From: Thermoplasmatota archaeon
GTDB taxonomy: Archaea > Thermoplasmatota > Penumbrarchaeia > Penumbrarchaeales > Penumbrarchaeaceae
DNA length: 64,000 nt
Direction: 5' to 3'
NCBI GenBank assembly: GCA_029762535.1
Contig: JARVGK010000010.1
Coordinates: forward strand, 4,602 to 68,601
Below, piece after piece: positions 20,270 through 29,198 of this stretch (positions are counted from its first letter, which is position 1; every line of letters starts with the position of its first letter). A program made the position numbers and the translations under genes. The notes beneath the pieces are model-generated. The model saw only the letters and a program-made list of their open reading frames with translations. It searched no databases and had not been told where the DNA came from.

Positions 20270-23200
20270 GGAAGGACCACCCCGTCCGACCATTCGATAT
20301 CCTCCTCGAGTAACTCCTCGAACTCCACTTCTTCGTCCCAGATGATCTCCTCTTCCAGCTTCGGGGCCAGCTCATCGGGCGTGTCGATCATGTCCATGAC
20401 GGGATCGTCCACATCTTCCGGGGCGGATATCATGGACACGTATTCGTCCAGGTCCTCGTCCATCTCCATAACATCCTCGTAGAGAGAGCCGTGTATCGTT
20501 CGATGCGAACTGCCATCGTTCACGCGAGGGACGCTCATCGAAGGGTATCTCGACATCAAAGGAAGGGGTCCGCCGCCCATGTTACTGGAGAGGATCCTGA
20601 GCCTACTGCCCATATCCGCAGTCCCGGATGGGTACAGATCACCACATGTATCGATGCAGAATTCATCATCTTCTGCGTCGGCAGGGTTCTTGGGCCCTCT
20701 CCTATATCTTATGATCAGGATCGCGATCGATGCTGCCGTGACAAGGAATGACATTACCAAAAGGGAGAATATGGAGGCCAGTAAGAGGGACGAGGCGGTC
20801 TGTACCTCCTCGATAGAGGTCCGGTTGGCATCATCGGGCGGTGCGATTATTACGACCTGGGTCACCGTAACGTTCTCTATCGGCGGAAGGAATACATCCA
20901 CTTTGGAGAGGTCCGTGAGATCCCTTGCCAATCCGGTGTTGAGGTCCGTCGAAACGGTCGCATGCGTCTCCGCGTAGGAGAAAATGCCGTGATCGTCGCT
21001 TACCCAAAGACCGATCCGATAATGACCCGGATCAAGGGTGAGCGAGATCGATGGAAGGTTCGAGATGTTCACACCATCCAGGGACCATGTCGTTCCCATC
21101 ACCCATCCGTCCGCATCGAACGAACCAGAGGATGAGAGTTCTAAGGATCCCCCACGATAACAATCGATATTACCCGTGATCACGGGGATAGGGGCCATGT
21201 TGCTCGATGATATCTCAGCGGAGAAGCCCCCGACATGCCCAGCCCTATCCACGGCCCTAACTTTTATACTGATGGTGCGTCCGGGGTCCCTTCTCATCCA
21301 GGTCCAGTTCCGATCGGTCGTTCCCGTCATTTCCCAATACGGACCTCTGAGGGACCATACCTCGTAATGGTCTATGCCGGAACCGGGGAGGTCCATGGAC
21401 CGCTTCCAACTTATGTTGTATTCGAGGTTGGTATTATTCCTCACCGATATCATGGTTTGAGATGGGGCGGTCGGGGCATTGAGGTCCACCAATACTGGAA
21501 CGCTATCCTCTTCTGTGCTCAGACCCGCGTTGCTCTCAACGGTTAGCTTCAATGTGTATCGGCATCCCTCGGTCAGTGACCCCTGGTAGGTAAAAGATGT
21601 GCCGTTGACCATAATATTTTTGAAGACCACGCCTCTGTTTCCGTTACCCGCATCGTATAACAGTGTCGCGAGGGAACCCTTGATCCCCGAAACCGGAACG
21701 AAGGTCTCCTTCCATCTCCATGTGATTTGTTCCTGAGTGATGATGGAGGATCCCGCATCTGGCGTGGATATCCTTGGATTGGACCTGTCAAGGCACAGTT
21801 CGACCCGCCCGAACTCGCTTCGCGAACCGAACTCATCCACCGCTCTAACCTCGATCAAGTGTTCTCCTTCAACGAGTCCCTCCATCGTAAGGACTGTCGA
21901 ATCTGTGACGGATATATCCCCCCCGTTCAACCTCCATTCGTAGAACGAGATCCCCGCCAGACCCTCGATCGGATCCCAGATGATATCGACCGGATCCGAG
22001 GAGGTCCAACCTTCAGGTGCACCATACGGCTGCGGAGTTGATGGAGGCGGTATATCGCTGTGATATCGAAGGTCCTCGACCGTCCTGTTATTCTGTGTGG
22101 TGAACCGGAGGAAGAATGACATGTCGTGATCGAGCACCACGATCTTCAGCAGCACCCTGTTGATGCCATGCTTCAAACTCACCATTGTGGTGTTCTGGTC
22201 CGGTCCGACATCCCGTTCTTCATCGATGACAAGTGCGACCTCTCCGTTGATCCACACTTTGATCGCATCCGAGCTCCCTATCCTCATTTGGACATCCATA
22301 TCACGAGGGGATATGACGAACATATGGGAATACGCGACCGAATAAGATGTGTGACCGTACACAAGGTCCAGGTCGATGAGGTCCCTGTCCATGGTGGCGT
22401 CGGTCCACGGCCTTCCTCCGGTTATCGTTCCCGCTCGGGGCACTATTTCCGCCTCGTTCTCGAAGAACGTCCTTTCGAGAAGGCCCTTGGAATGACCTGT
22501 AAAGAACGTTCCTGCGGAAAGCCATGTCCTGACGCTGTAAGGCATCCATGAAAGGTGTATGGACCCAATGGTTATGTTCGATGCATCTTCGAACCTGGGG
22601 ACCACCCGGATGTATCTTATGTTCCCCAACCATTCGGGATGATCGTCGAGATGGATCGAAACTATGCCCCACCTGGCCTCCTTCATGACCTCTGTACGGA
22701 CCATCATCGGCTCCGAAAAACGCGTATGATCGTTGGACCAGTAGACATCGATGAAACAACTCTCATCATCTATGGCCGCGTCGATCTCGATAACGTTGAT
22801 ATCCTTCGCATTGATGCCCAATAGCGGCGACATAAGCCCGGCTTCCTTGGAATTCGCTATCGTCCATCTACCGCCTCGGGGGTAATGATGGCCCGAATCG
22901 GTAAGCCTCCAACCTTCCCTGTCTTGGTCATGCTCGAAATCCCATTTCAGATCGGTCACTGCCGTGGTCTGGTTCTTGAGCGGACAACTGGCATATTCCT
23001 CAAAGGGGTCTCCGACGAGGGCCTGACCATAGGACGGATAGCTCCTGAGGAACTTGTAAGAGAAGAGACATACGCCCAATGCGTTGCTGGACAGTGCGTA
23101 GTTGACCTGCGCGTTCATGGTCTCGATCCCGACGGTCTCGTTCGGGACCGAGCCATGGGCGGTGTTCCCAGGCACATATACGTAAGTGCCAGCAACGACC

Positions 23201-24138
23201 GGGCAGGAATGTTGATCGATGTTGAGATCGATCAACTGTCTATAGGTATCAAAAGAGGTCGTATATGTCATGGGGGTCACGAAATCGACCAAGCCCGTCT
23301 GCGACCAAAGCTCAGAATCCTGAAAGATGGAGTACTGCCTGCTGTAGCTGTTGGTGAATATGTCGGCTCCTATCCAAGCATAAGGACGAACCTCATTTAT
23401 CGCGTCGGATATTGCCATCATGCACTCCGTTATCTGCTGCCTTCTGAAAGCGTTGAAATCCGTCCAATTCTCCTCGTAGTAGATCTGGATGGAATACTCA
23501 TCGTAGCCGTAGTTCGATCCGGGATAACGGATCGTATCCAATTTTATCCCATCCAAGGGGTAATCGGCCATGAGCTGTCCGGTGACGTTTGCGAGATAAC
23601 TCTGGACCTCGGGCAGGGTGGGATTGAGCCACGAGGGGCTCCGATAACCGCTGCTGCTGACGCATCCCCATTCCGGGTGTTCTCTCAAGACTATGGGATC
23701 GATCAAGGTATGGAACCAGGGCATCACATGTATACCGTACTTGTGAGCCTCTCTTATGAGGTCCATGAGAGGATCGAAATCCCAGGCGAGCTCGCTGAAC
23801 CTCGGGTGATAGGACGAATTGTAGAAGACACCGAGATAGTTGCCGTTTATCAAGGGGCTCAGGCAGTTCACGTTGGAGCTTCTGGCGGTTTCGACGACCT
23901 TCAATACCTCGGAATGGTTGATGATCTGATATCCCTCGAGCCACATGGACCGATACTGGAACAGCCTTGTATCGTTCCCGCCGTCCTGCTGGCCGTAGCC
24001 TCCCGGGGAGAAGGTATCGTGGACGGGTTCGTCCCTTTCTGCATCGGCGAGTGATGTGAAGGGGCCGATGAGCGAGGACAATGACAACAATACGATCGTG
24101 AACTGAAAGCACATCGCCCCCCTCATTCTATCTCTCAT
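20266..24138 (-). CDS. Giant membrane-anchored protein with an N-terminal GHL10-type (family-10-like TIM-barrel glycosidase-like, DUF187-type) domain. This is followed by lectin/ConA-like, FN3/PKD-like beta-sandwich domains, a TM anchor and a ~200-aa acidic cytoplasmic tail.
   Basis: N-terminal region (YRSMWLEGYQ...FDPLMDLIREAHKYGIHVMPWFHTL...DGIKLDTIRYP) resembles GHL10/YngK-like hydrolases. Hydrophobic anchor LLLASIFSLLVMSFLVTAASIAILII followed by an Asp/Glu-rich tail ending EELLEEDIEWSDGVVLP. Confidence 0.5.
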   Translation of the reverse strand: MRDRMRGAMCFQFTIVLLSLSSLIGPFTSLADAERDEPVHDTFSPGGYGQQDGGNDTRLFQYRSMWLEGYQIINHSEVLKVVETARSSNVNCLSPLINGNYLGVFYNSSYHPRFSELAWDFDPLMDLIREAHKYGIHVMPWFHTLIDPIVLREHPEWGCVSSSGYRSPSWLNPTLPEVQSYLANVTGQLMADYPLDGIKLDTIRYPGSNYGYDEYSIQIYYEENWTDFNAFRRQQITECMMAISDAINEVRPYAWIGADIFTNSYSRQYSIFQDSELWSQTGLVDFVTPMTYTTSFDTYRQLIDLNIDQHSCPVVAGTYVYVPGNTAHGSVPNETVGIETMNAQVNYALSSNALGVCLFSYKFLRSYPSYGQALVGDPFEEYASCPLKNQTTAVTDLKWDFEHDQDREGWRLTDSGHHYPRGGRWTIANSKEAGLMSPLLGINAKDINVIEIDAAIDDESCFIDVYWSNDHTRFSEPMMVRTEVMKEARWGIVSIHLDDHPEWLGNIRYIRVVPRFEDASNITIGSIHLSWMPYSVRTWLSAGTFFTGHSKGLLERTFFENEAEIVPRAGTITGGRPWTDATMDRDLIDLDLVYGHTSYSVAYSHMFVISPRDMDVQMRIGSSDAIKVWINGEVALVIDEERDVGPDQNTTMVSLKHGINRVLLKIVVLDHDMSFFLRFTTQNNRTVEDLRYHSDIPPPSTPQPYGAPEGWTSSDPVDIIWDPIEGLAGISFYEWRLNGGDISVTDSTVLTMEGLVEGEHLIEVRAVDEFGSRSEFGRVELCLDRSNPRISTPDAGSSIITQEQITWRWKETFVPVSGIKGSLATLLYDAGNGNRGVVFKNIMVNGTSFTYQGSLTEGCRYTLKLTVESNAGLSTEEDSVPVLVDLNAPTAPSQTMISVRNNTNLEYNISWKRSMDLPGSGIDHYEVWSLRGPYWEMTGTTDRNWTWMRRDPGRTISIKVRAVDRAGHVGGFSAEISSSNMAPIPVITGNIDCYRGGSLELSSSGSFDADGWVMGTTWSLDGVNISNLPSISLTLDPGHYRIGLWVSDDHGIFSYAETHATVSTDLNTGLARDLTDLSKVDVFLPPIENVTVTQVVIIAPPDDANRTSIEEVQTASSLLLASIFSLLVMSFLVTAASIAILIIRYRRGPKNPADAEDDEFCIDTCGDLYPSGTADMGSRLRILSSNMGGGPLPLMSRYPSMSVPRVNDGSSHRTIHGSLYEDVMEMDEDLDEYVSMISAPEDVDDPVMDMIDTPDELAPKLEEEIIWDEEVEFEELLEEDIEWSDGVVLP

Positions 24139-26923
24139 TCGCTACCCCCTCCTCCATGACGGCTTTGTCGTTCCTCCTCCTCCTTTTGATAAGGGTCACG
24201 GTCTCCGCAATGGCGATCAGGACAATGACGACGACACAGGCGGACATCGCATAAGGCAGCCAACCCCAGTCCTTTCCCTCCGGCTCAACGGTCACGTTCT
24301 CCTCGTAAGGCACGGTGACGTTCTCGATGATCTGGATGTCCTCATATGTCCGATGTTCGATGATCACCGTCTCAAAGGTGGGAAGGACAACGATCGATAT
24401 TTCCTGTACCATGATGTTCCCCCAAACATCGGTGATGGTCAGGACCACCTTGTAAACACCGACGGACCCGTAACTGTGATAGACAGACTCGCCCTCGGCG
24501 CGACAGCCGTCCCCGAACGACCATGAGATGCCGAAAATTCCGGAATCGTCATTTATATCGCATGCGGAAAACCTTATTGTCTCGTTAACGAGATAGCACC
24601 CTATCAGATCGTCGGGGATCGACATCCTATCGAGCAATTCCGTCCCCGCCAGATACGTCTCGTTGAGGGGGAGCGGATCGGGATCGTATGATATCGAACA
24701 CGTAGGGGGGGTGATATCGAGTACGTCGACATGGACGGTCGTGGAGTTCGAGTTTCCCTCGAGATCGAATAACTCCAATGTGAAATAGTGCCTTCTTGCC
24801 CGAGGCTCCCCGATGACCAGGACGCTCTCTCCGATAACCAACGTGTCATCATCCAGATGCCACAGTATCCGGTCCAGACCGACATTGTCGCAGGATGCGG
24901 AGGCATCAAGGACGATATCCTCACCCAGAACGATACTGTTCTCGTATTCGATCATCAGGACCGGAGCGGTCCTGTCCCTGACGGTGACGTTCACGACATC
25001 GAAACCCCGGTTCCCGGACCTGTCGGTCACCGTGAGATGAACCGGGTAGAACCCCGGGTCCTCGAAAACGTATCTGAGATACATCCCGTAAAGTGTCCTC
25101 TCCTCTACCCTCCAGGTGTAGTTAAGGCCGAGATCGTTATCGTGGCTTTTCGATGCGTCCAGATAGACGATGCTGTCCTCCCATACGATCATATCCTCTC
25201 CACCGATGGCGACCGGGGGCATATCGTCCTTGATCACGACCTGCATTTCTGAAATGTCGCAAAAACCCAGGCTGTTGATGACGGTCAGGGTCACCTTGTA
25301 GATCCCGGGATAGAGATAAGTGTGCTCGGCGATCGGCGTGTGATGGAACAGATATGTCCCGTCGCCGAAGTCCCATGAATAGGAGACGATCCCGTGAATA
25401 TCCCAGGATCCCGATCCGTCGAACGTTATCGGCTCACCCTCCATCGCCTGAATGGTGCCCGAAAGCGATGAGAACGGAGCGACCCTTACGGTCTTCGTCC
25501 TCATCACGACCGATCCTGCGTCATCGGTGACCTTGAGGGATACGTTGTAATATCCGCCCCTCTCATAGACATGCAACGGGTCGATCTCATTGGAATGGGA
25601 TCCGTCCATTAGGTCCCAATCTATGGAGGCGATATGTCCATCGATATCGTAGATATATGCTGGCCCAATCCTAATAGCGGTCCCTATCATGCCCTGGACA
25701 TCGTCACCGATCCTCACGAAGGGGGGGAGATCGCCCACGGGCCCATCCCTGACCAGATCCACGTAGGATCGGGACAGGGGGTCGTCCTCTCCGAGCCTCC
25801 ATATGCTTATCCCGCCGATCATATGCCTCCTGACGATATCCATCTGATGGAGAAGGCTCTCCGAATCGGTGTAATGATGGGCCCTCAGGGACCCGGACCT
25901 GTCCCTGTACACGAAGTAGGGCGTTCTCGATGTCACGTTCCACGATCGCTCGATATCAAATTCCCGAATCAAGTTGCGCGTCGATCTGTATGTGTGGTTC
26001 TCCGCCGTTCCGGTAGTGGTCCCGTCGTTATTTATGGGCCAATCATAGCCGAACTGCGCTATGCCGAGTATCAGTTTTTCCGGGTCGATAACGGAAGCGG
26101 CATAGGAAACGACCTGGTCCATCCATTCGTAGGAGGTCACCGGGCCCGACACCTCACATGTGGACCAGTGCAGGTTGTAGGCCATCAATCGGATGAAATC
26201 CGCCCTCTCCCCCAGACCCGGATAATCGTATCCGGCAGGACCGTATCGATCATCGGACCCTGAGGTCTTCGGGAAGACCGAAACGTGAAGGACCTTGCCA
26301 TAGATGTGCATGGCCTCCGTCAGGTTGCCTATGAAATCGACAAATGCGTCGCGGTCCTCGGTGTAGAGGGATTCGTAGTTGATCTCGAGTCCGGAGTAAC
26401 CATTTTCCAGGGTGAGCCGGACCAGATCGTCTATGTGGGCCGTCCGTATCGATGCGTTCCTGACGATGTTTCGGACCGTTTCGGGATCGTGCAGGTTCGA
26501 GACCAGGGGGATCACTTCGATATCGTTCTCATCACAGAGGTCCATGTATGCTTCGTGATGTGACGGGGTGAAGACCCGAACGATGCTACCGTCCTGCATT
26601 GTCCGATACCAGAAAGGGGACAGGGAATCCAGAGTGTCCGCCCATTCCTCCATTCCCGACCAGGACGATGCCTCCCATGGAATGGTCCATCCGGATACCG
26701 TGAATGGGGGATCCCCGGCCCTTGTCAACAATTCATTTTGATCTTCATTTAGACCGGTGACATCCACCATGGACGATATGAGGATCAAGGCGAGCAAGGT
26801 ATATGTCAGGGATAGGACGACTTTCTCTCTTTCTCTGAAATTCTTCAGGAGTCGGATTCGGGACATATACCCTCGTAATTTTATAGCTCTGGGTATGTAT
26901 ATAAGAGTGCCGTCCTCTTTCAA
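24128..26923 (-). CDS. Membrane-anchored protein with an N-terminal GH18-like (chitinase/YaaH-type TIM-barrel) domain, several PKD domains and a C-terminal TM anchor.
   Basis: GH18-like catalytic block ENGYSGLEINYE, a variant of DGxDxDWE with the terminal Glu retained. Classic PKD domain SYSWDFGDGTY...YKVTLTVINSLG plus at least three more PKD-like repeats. N-terminal TM/signal VVLSLTYTLLALILISSMV and C-terminal anchor MSACVVVIVLIAIAETVTLIKRRRRN. Confidence 0.55.
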   Translation of the reverse strand: MKEDGTLIYIPRAIKLRGYMSRIRLLKNFREREKVVLSLTYTLLALILISSMVDVTGLNEDQNELLTRAGDPPFTVSGWTIPWEASSWSGMEEWADTLDSLSPFWYRTMQDGSIVRVFTPSHHEAYMDLCDENDIEVIPLVSNLHDPETVRNIVRNASIRTAHIDDLVRLTLENGYSGLEINYESLYTEDRDAFVDFIGNLTEAMHIYGKVLHVSVFPKTSGSDDRYGPAGYDYPGLGERADFIRLMAYNLHWSTCEVSGPVTSYEWMDQVVSYAASVIDPEKLILGIAQFGYDWPINNDGTTTGTAENHTYRSTRNLIREFDIERSWNVTSRTPYFVYRDRSGSLRAHHYTDSESLLHQMDIVRRHMIGGISIWRLGEDDPLSRSYVDLVRDGPVGDLPPFVRIGDDVQGMIGTAIRIGPAYIYDIDGHIASIDWDLMDGSHSNEIDPLHVYERGGYYNVSLKVTDDAGSVVMRTKTVRVAPFSSLSGTIQAMEGEPITFDGSGSWDIHGIVSYSWDFGDGTYLFHHTPIAEHTYLYPGIYKVTLTVINSLGFCDISEMQVVIKDDMPPVAIGGEDMIVWEDSIVYLDASKSHDNDLGLNYTWRVEERTLYGMYLRYVFEDPGFYPVHLTVTDRSGNRGFDVVNVTVRDRTAPVLMIEYENSIVLGEDIVLDASASCDNVGLDRILWHLDDDTLVIGESVLVIGEPRARRHYFTLELFDLEGNSNSTTVHVDVLDITPPTCSISYDPDPLPLNETYLAGTELLDRMSIPDDLIGCYLVNETIRFSACDINDDSGIFGISWSFGDGCRAEGESVYHSYGSVGVYKVVLTITDVWGNIMVQEISIVVLPTFETVIIEHRTYEDIQIIENVTVPYEENVTVEPEGKDWGWLPYAMSACVVVIVLIAIAETVTLIKRRRRNDKAVMEEGVANER

Positions 26924-27068
26924 CCCTTTATATAATAATAATAATCAAAGCATCACGTTCCCTTGATGCGGGATTGTATAGGGATCGGACGCTTGCCGAT
27001 GAAATACCCTCCGGCCGCCTGGAGGATCACCAGAAGGATGACCAACAACGATCGTTCATTTTACAGGG

Positions 27069-28532
27069 CTACTTCCTCTCCGGGGGAGGGATCTCCTCCT
27101 TGATGTTGGCGACCTTCCTCGCCAGAGCTATCAGCGACTCTATGTCCGATGTCGATCCAATCACCAATTTGGCCCCGTCGGGGGATCCTCCTCCGTGCAT
27201 GCACCCCGGGACACCCGCCCCTATTGTGAGCCACTCGATGAGCCTCGCGATCCTGGCCCGGGTCTCACCGGAGCATTTGGCGCTGAGGTATTTCTGCAAG
27301 AGCTCCCCGTAAACGGGGGAGTGGATGTCCTCGCAGGAGGGCATGCACCCCGTCTCTGCGATCCCTCCGGCGATGTCCTGGGCGAGCCTCTTGGTCTCGT
27401 AGGGCAGTGTCGCGACATGCACCTTGTTCACGTTCGAGAGCTTCCCGTCGGGGATCCAAACCCCGGAGGGGTGGAGCTTTCCAAGTACCGAGGCGGCGAT
27501 CCCCATGCCGAAGGTGGTCTCGTTGTTTATCGTCATCTTGGTCAGCTTATCTCGAAAGACCTTCTCGCTCAGGCCATTGGCTCTGGCCATAAGGGCGGAC
27601 GCGCCCATTATCACATCGCCCTGGCCGGCGACGCATCCTCCGATCGCTGAACGGTACGGGGCTATGAAGTTCAACACCGCCTTCATGGAGTATTTCCACT
27701 CACCGGCCATGAACACCCTGTCCGCCGGGATATGCACGTCCTGGAACAGCAGGTATCCCTGGGTTATGCCCCCGTAGTCCACCGGGTTGTCGAAACCGCA
27801 TTCCGCGTCTCGTCCGTCGGAGGGATGCCTGGCCTCGATCACGGTGAGGCCCTCGATGTCCCGCGGCACTGCAAAAGATAGGGCGTAGTCCGCATCCGGC
27901 TCCTTATAGCCGGTCCCCGGAAGTATGAACACCTCGTTCGCGGCGGCGACGCCCGCTATCATCACCTTCGCCCCCCTGACCACTACCGATCCGTCGTCGT
28001 TCCTCTTGACGATGCGCAGGGACAGGTCTGGATCACTTTGTTCGGAGGGTCGCTTGGACCTGTCCCCTTTGGGATCCGTCAGCGCCCCGGCCACGGTTAT
28101 ATCCTCCTTCTGGGCTTTCCTGAGCCATTCGGTAAGCCTTTGATGATATTTCGTCCCGAATTCCGCGTCCATGTCGTAGGTGGTGGCCCACATGGAGTTC
28201 AGGGCATTGAAACCGACGCATCTCCCACCCGTGCACGTGCCGGTTATGTTGAACATCAATCTCTTCATCCTGACATTCTTGACCATGTCCTCGGCGGATC
28301 CGACGATGGAGAGGTAGCGGGAGATCCTCTCCCCGCTCAGATGCGAAGTCGTCGTTAGAAGGTCCTTGTGCTCCTCGGTCCGGGCGGCGTCGAAGATCTG
28401 GGCGTGGCCCTCCACCGTCCTTCTGGTGGACGGATGCATCGTGACGTCCTCTATCAGCTCGCCGAACTTGTAGACGTTCGGCCTCATTTTCCTCAGGCTT
28501 TCCCTGTAATCTTCAGATGTCCTCAATATCAT
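27069..28532 (-). CDS. abfD: 4-hydroxybutyryl-CoA dehydratase / vinylacetyl-CoA delta-isomerase (AbfD, HpaB superfamily).
   Basis: Close similarity along the full length to Clostridium AbfD as recalled from memory. Examples: SEDYRESLRKMRPNVYKFGELIEDVTMHP; TDPKGDRSKRPSEQSDPDLSLRIVKRNDDGSVVVRGAK; YAxSFAVP. Start chosen at Met12 (28532), which forms an ATGA overlap with the upstream gene's stop. The ORF-track start is 28565. Confidence 0.8.
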   Translation of the reverse strand: MILRTSEDYRESLRKMRPNVYKFGELIEDVTMHPSTRRTVEGHAQIFDAARTEEHKDLLTTTSHLSGERISRYLSIVGSAEDMVKNVRMKRLMFNITGTCTGGRCVGFNALNSMWATTYDMDAEFGTKYHQRLTEWLRKAQKEDITVAGALTDPKGDRSKRPSEQSDPDLSLRIVKRNDDGSVVVRGAKVMIAGVAAANEVFILPGTGYKEPDADYALSFAVPRDIEGLTVIEARHPSDGRDAECGFDNPVDYGGITQGYLLFQDVHIPADRVFMAGEWKYSMKAVLNFIAPYRSAIGGCVAGQGDVIMGASALMARANGLSEKVFRDKLTKMTINNETTFGMGIAASVLGKLHPSGVWIPDGKLSNVNKVHVATLPYETKRLAQDIAGGIAETGCMPSCEDIHSPVYGELLQKYLSAKCSGETRARIARLIEWLTIGAGVPGCMHGGGSPDGAKLVIGSTSDIESLIALARKVANIKEEIPPPERK

Positions 28533-29134
28533 ACCTCCCTCATCCTGAAGACCCATTCGCACCATTTGCCTTCCTCGAGATCGTCAGGAGGACACTGGAT
28601 GCAGTCCACGACTATGTCCTCCGAGAACTCCTTCGCGAAGGATTTGAGGAATCCGTAGCGGACCTTCTTGCATGGGAACACCGGGAGATCGTCTTTTTGG
28701 CGGGTGTTCTGCACCCTGCATTCCACGTTCCGGAGAAGGACCCTTCCGGGATGGTATTCCCATTCCTTGTCCTCTAGGTCCATTGCCCATCCGGACATTT
28801 TCAATCCCCTCACCATATCATCCAGGGATCCCGCGAGGCCGAATAGCTTCTTGATCTTGCGGGCCTCTATCTTGCCCATCACTCGCCATACGTTCGCGTC
28901 GATCTCGGTGGCGGCCTCGGTCCCGAACCTCTCCTCGATCCCGAGATAGTACAATCCATCAACGGCCCACATGTTCCGAAGATGCATGAACATCAGATCG
29001 GCACGGCGTTCATCGTCCATTCCCGAAAGCATATCCCTTTCCTCCTGGCGATCGATCATGAAGACACCCTTGTCGGGGGTATCGCGTGATGGACCATAAT
29101 GTTTTTCACGGGATCCCCCCTCCAGTTCATTCAA
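28529..29134 (-). CDS. Conserved hypothetical Cys-containing cytoplasmic protein, translationally coupled to abfD.
   Basis: The ORF-track start at 29134 is a TTG, so the real start may be the ATG near 29059 (MIDRQEERD...). Several Cys residues are present (CRVQ, CKKV, CIQCPPDD, CEW). No family was confidently recognised. Confidence 0.45.
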   Translation of the reverse strand: MNELEGGSREKHYGPSRDTPDKGVFMIDRQEERDMLSGMDDERRADLMFMHLRNMWAVDGLYYLGIEERFGTEAATEIDANVWRVMGKIEARKIKKLFGLAGSLDDMVRGLKMSGWAMDLEDKEWEYHPGRVLLRNVECRVQNTRQKDDLPVFPCKKVRYGFLKSFAKEFSEDIVVDCIQCPPDDLEEGKWCEWVFRMREV

Positions 29135-29142
29135 TGAACTGG
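29122..29142. promoter_or_regulatory. Perfect 10-bp inverted repeat CCAGTTCATT-c-AATGAACTGG in the divergent intergenic/5' region; candidate operator.
   Basis: Read directly in the sequence. It lies between the divergent genes 28529-29134 (-) and 29199-30512 (+), whose operon ends with a wHTH regulator. Confidence 0.4.
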
Positions 29143-29198
29143 AAAGTTTTTATACGAGTGCAGGGCCTAACACCCTTATCGGGTATGGTGGTATCAAA

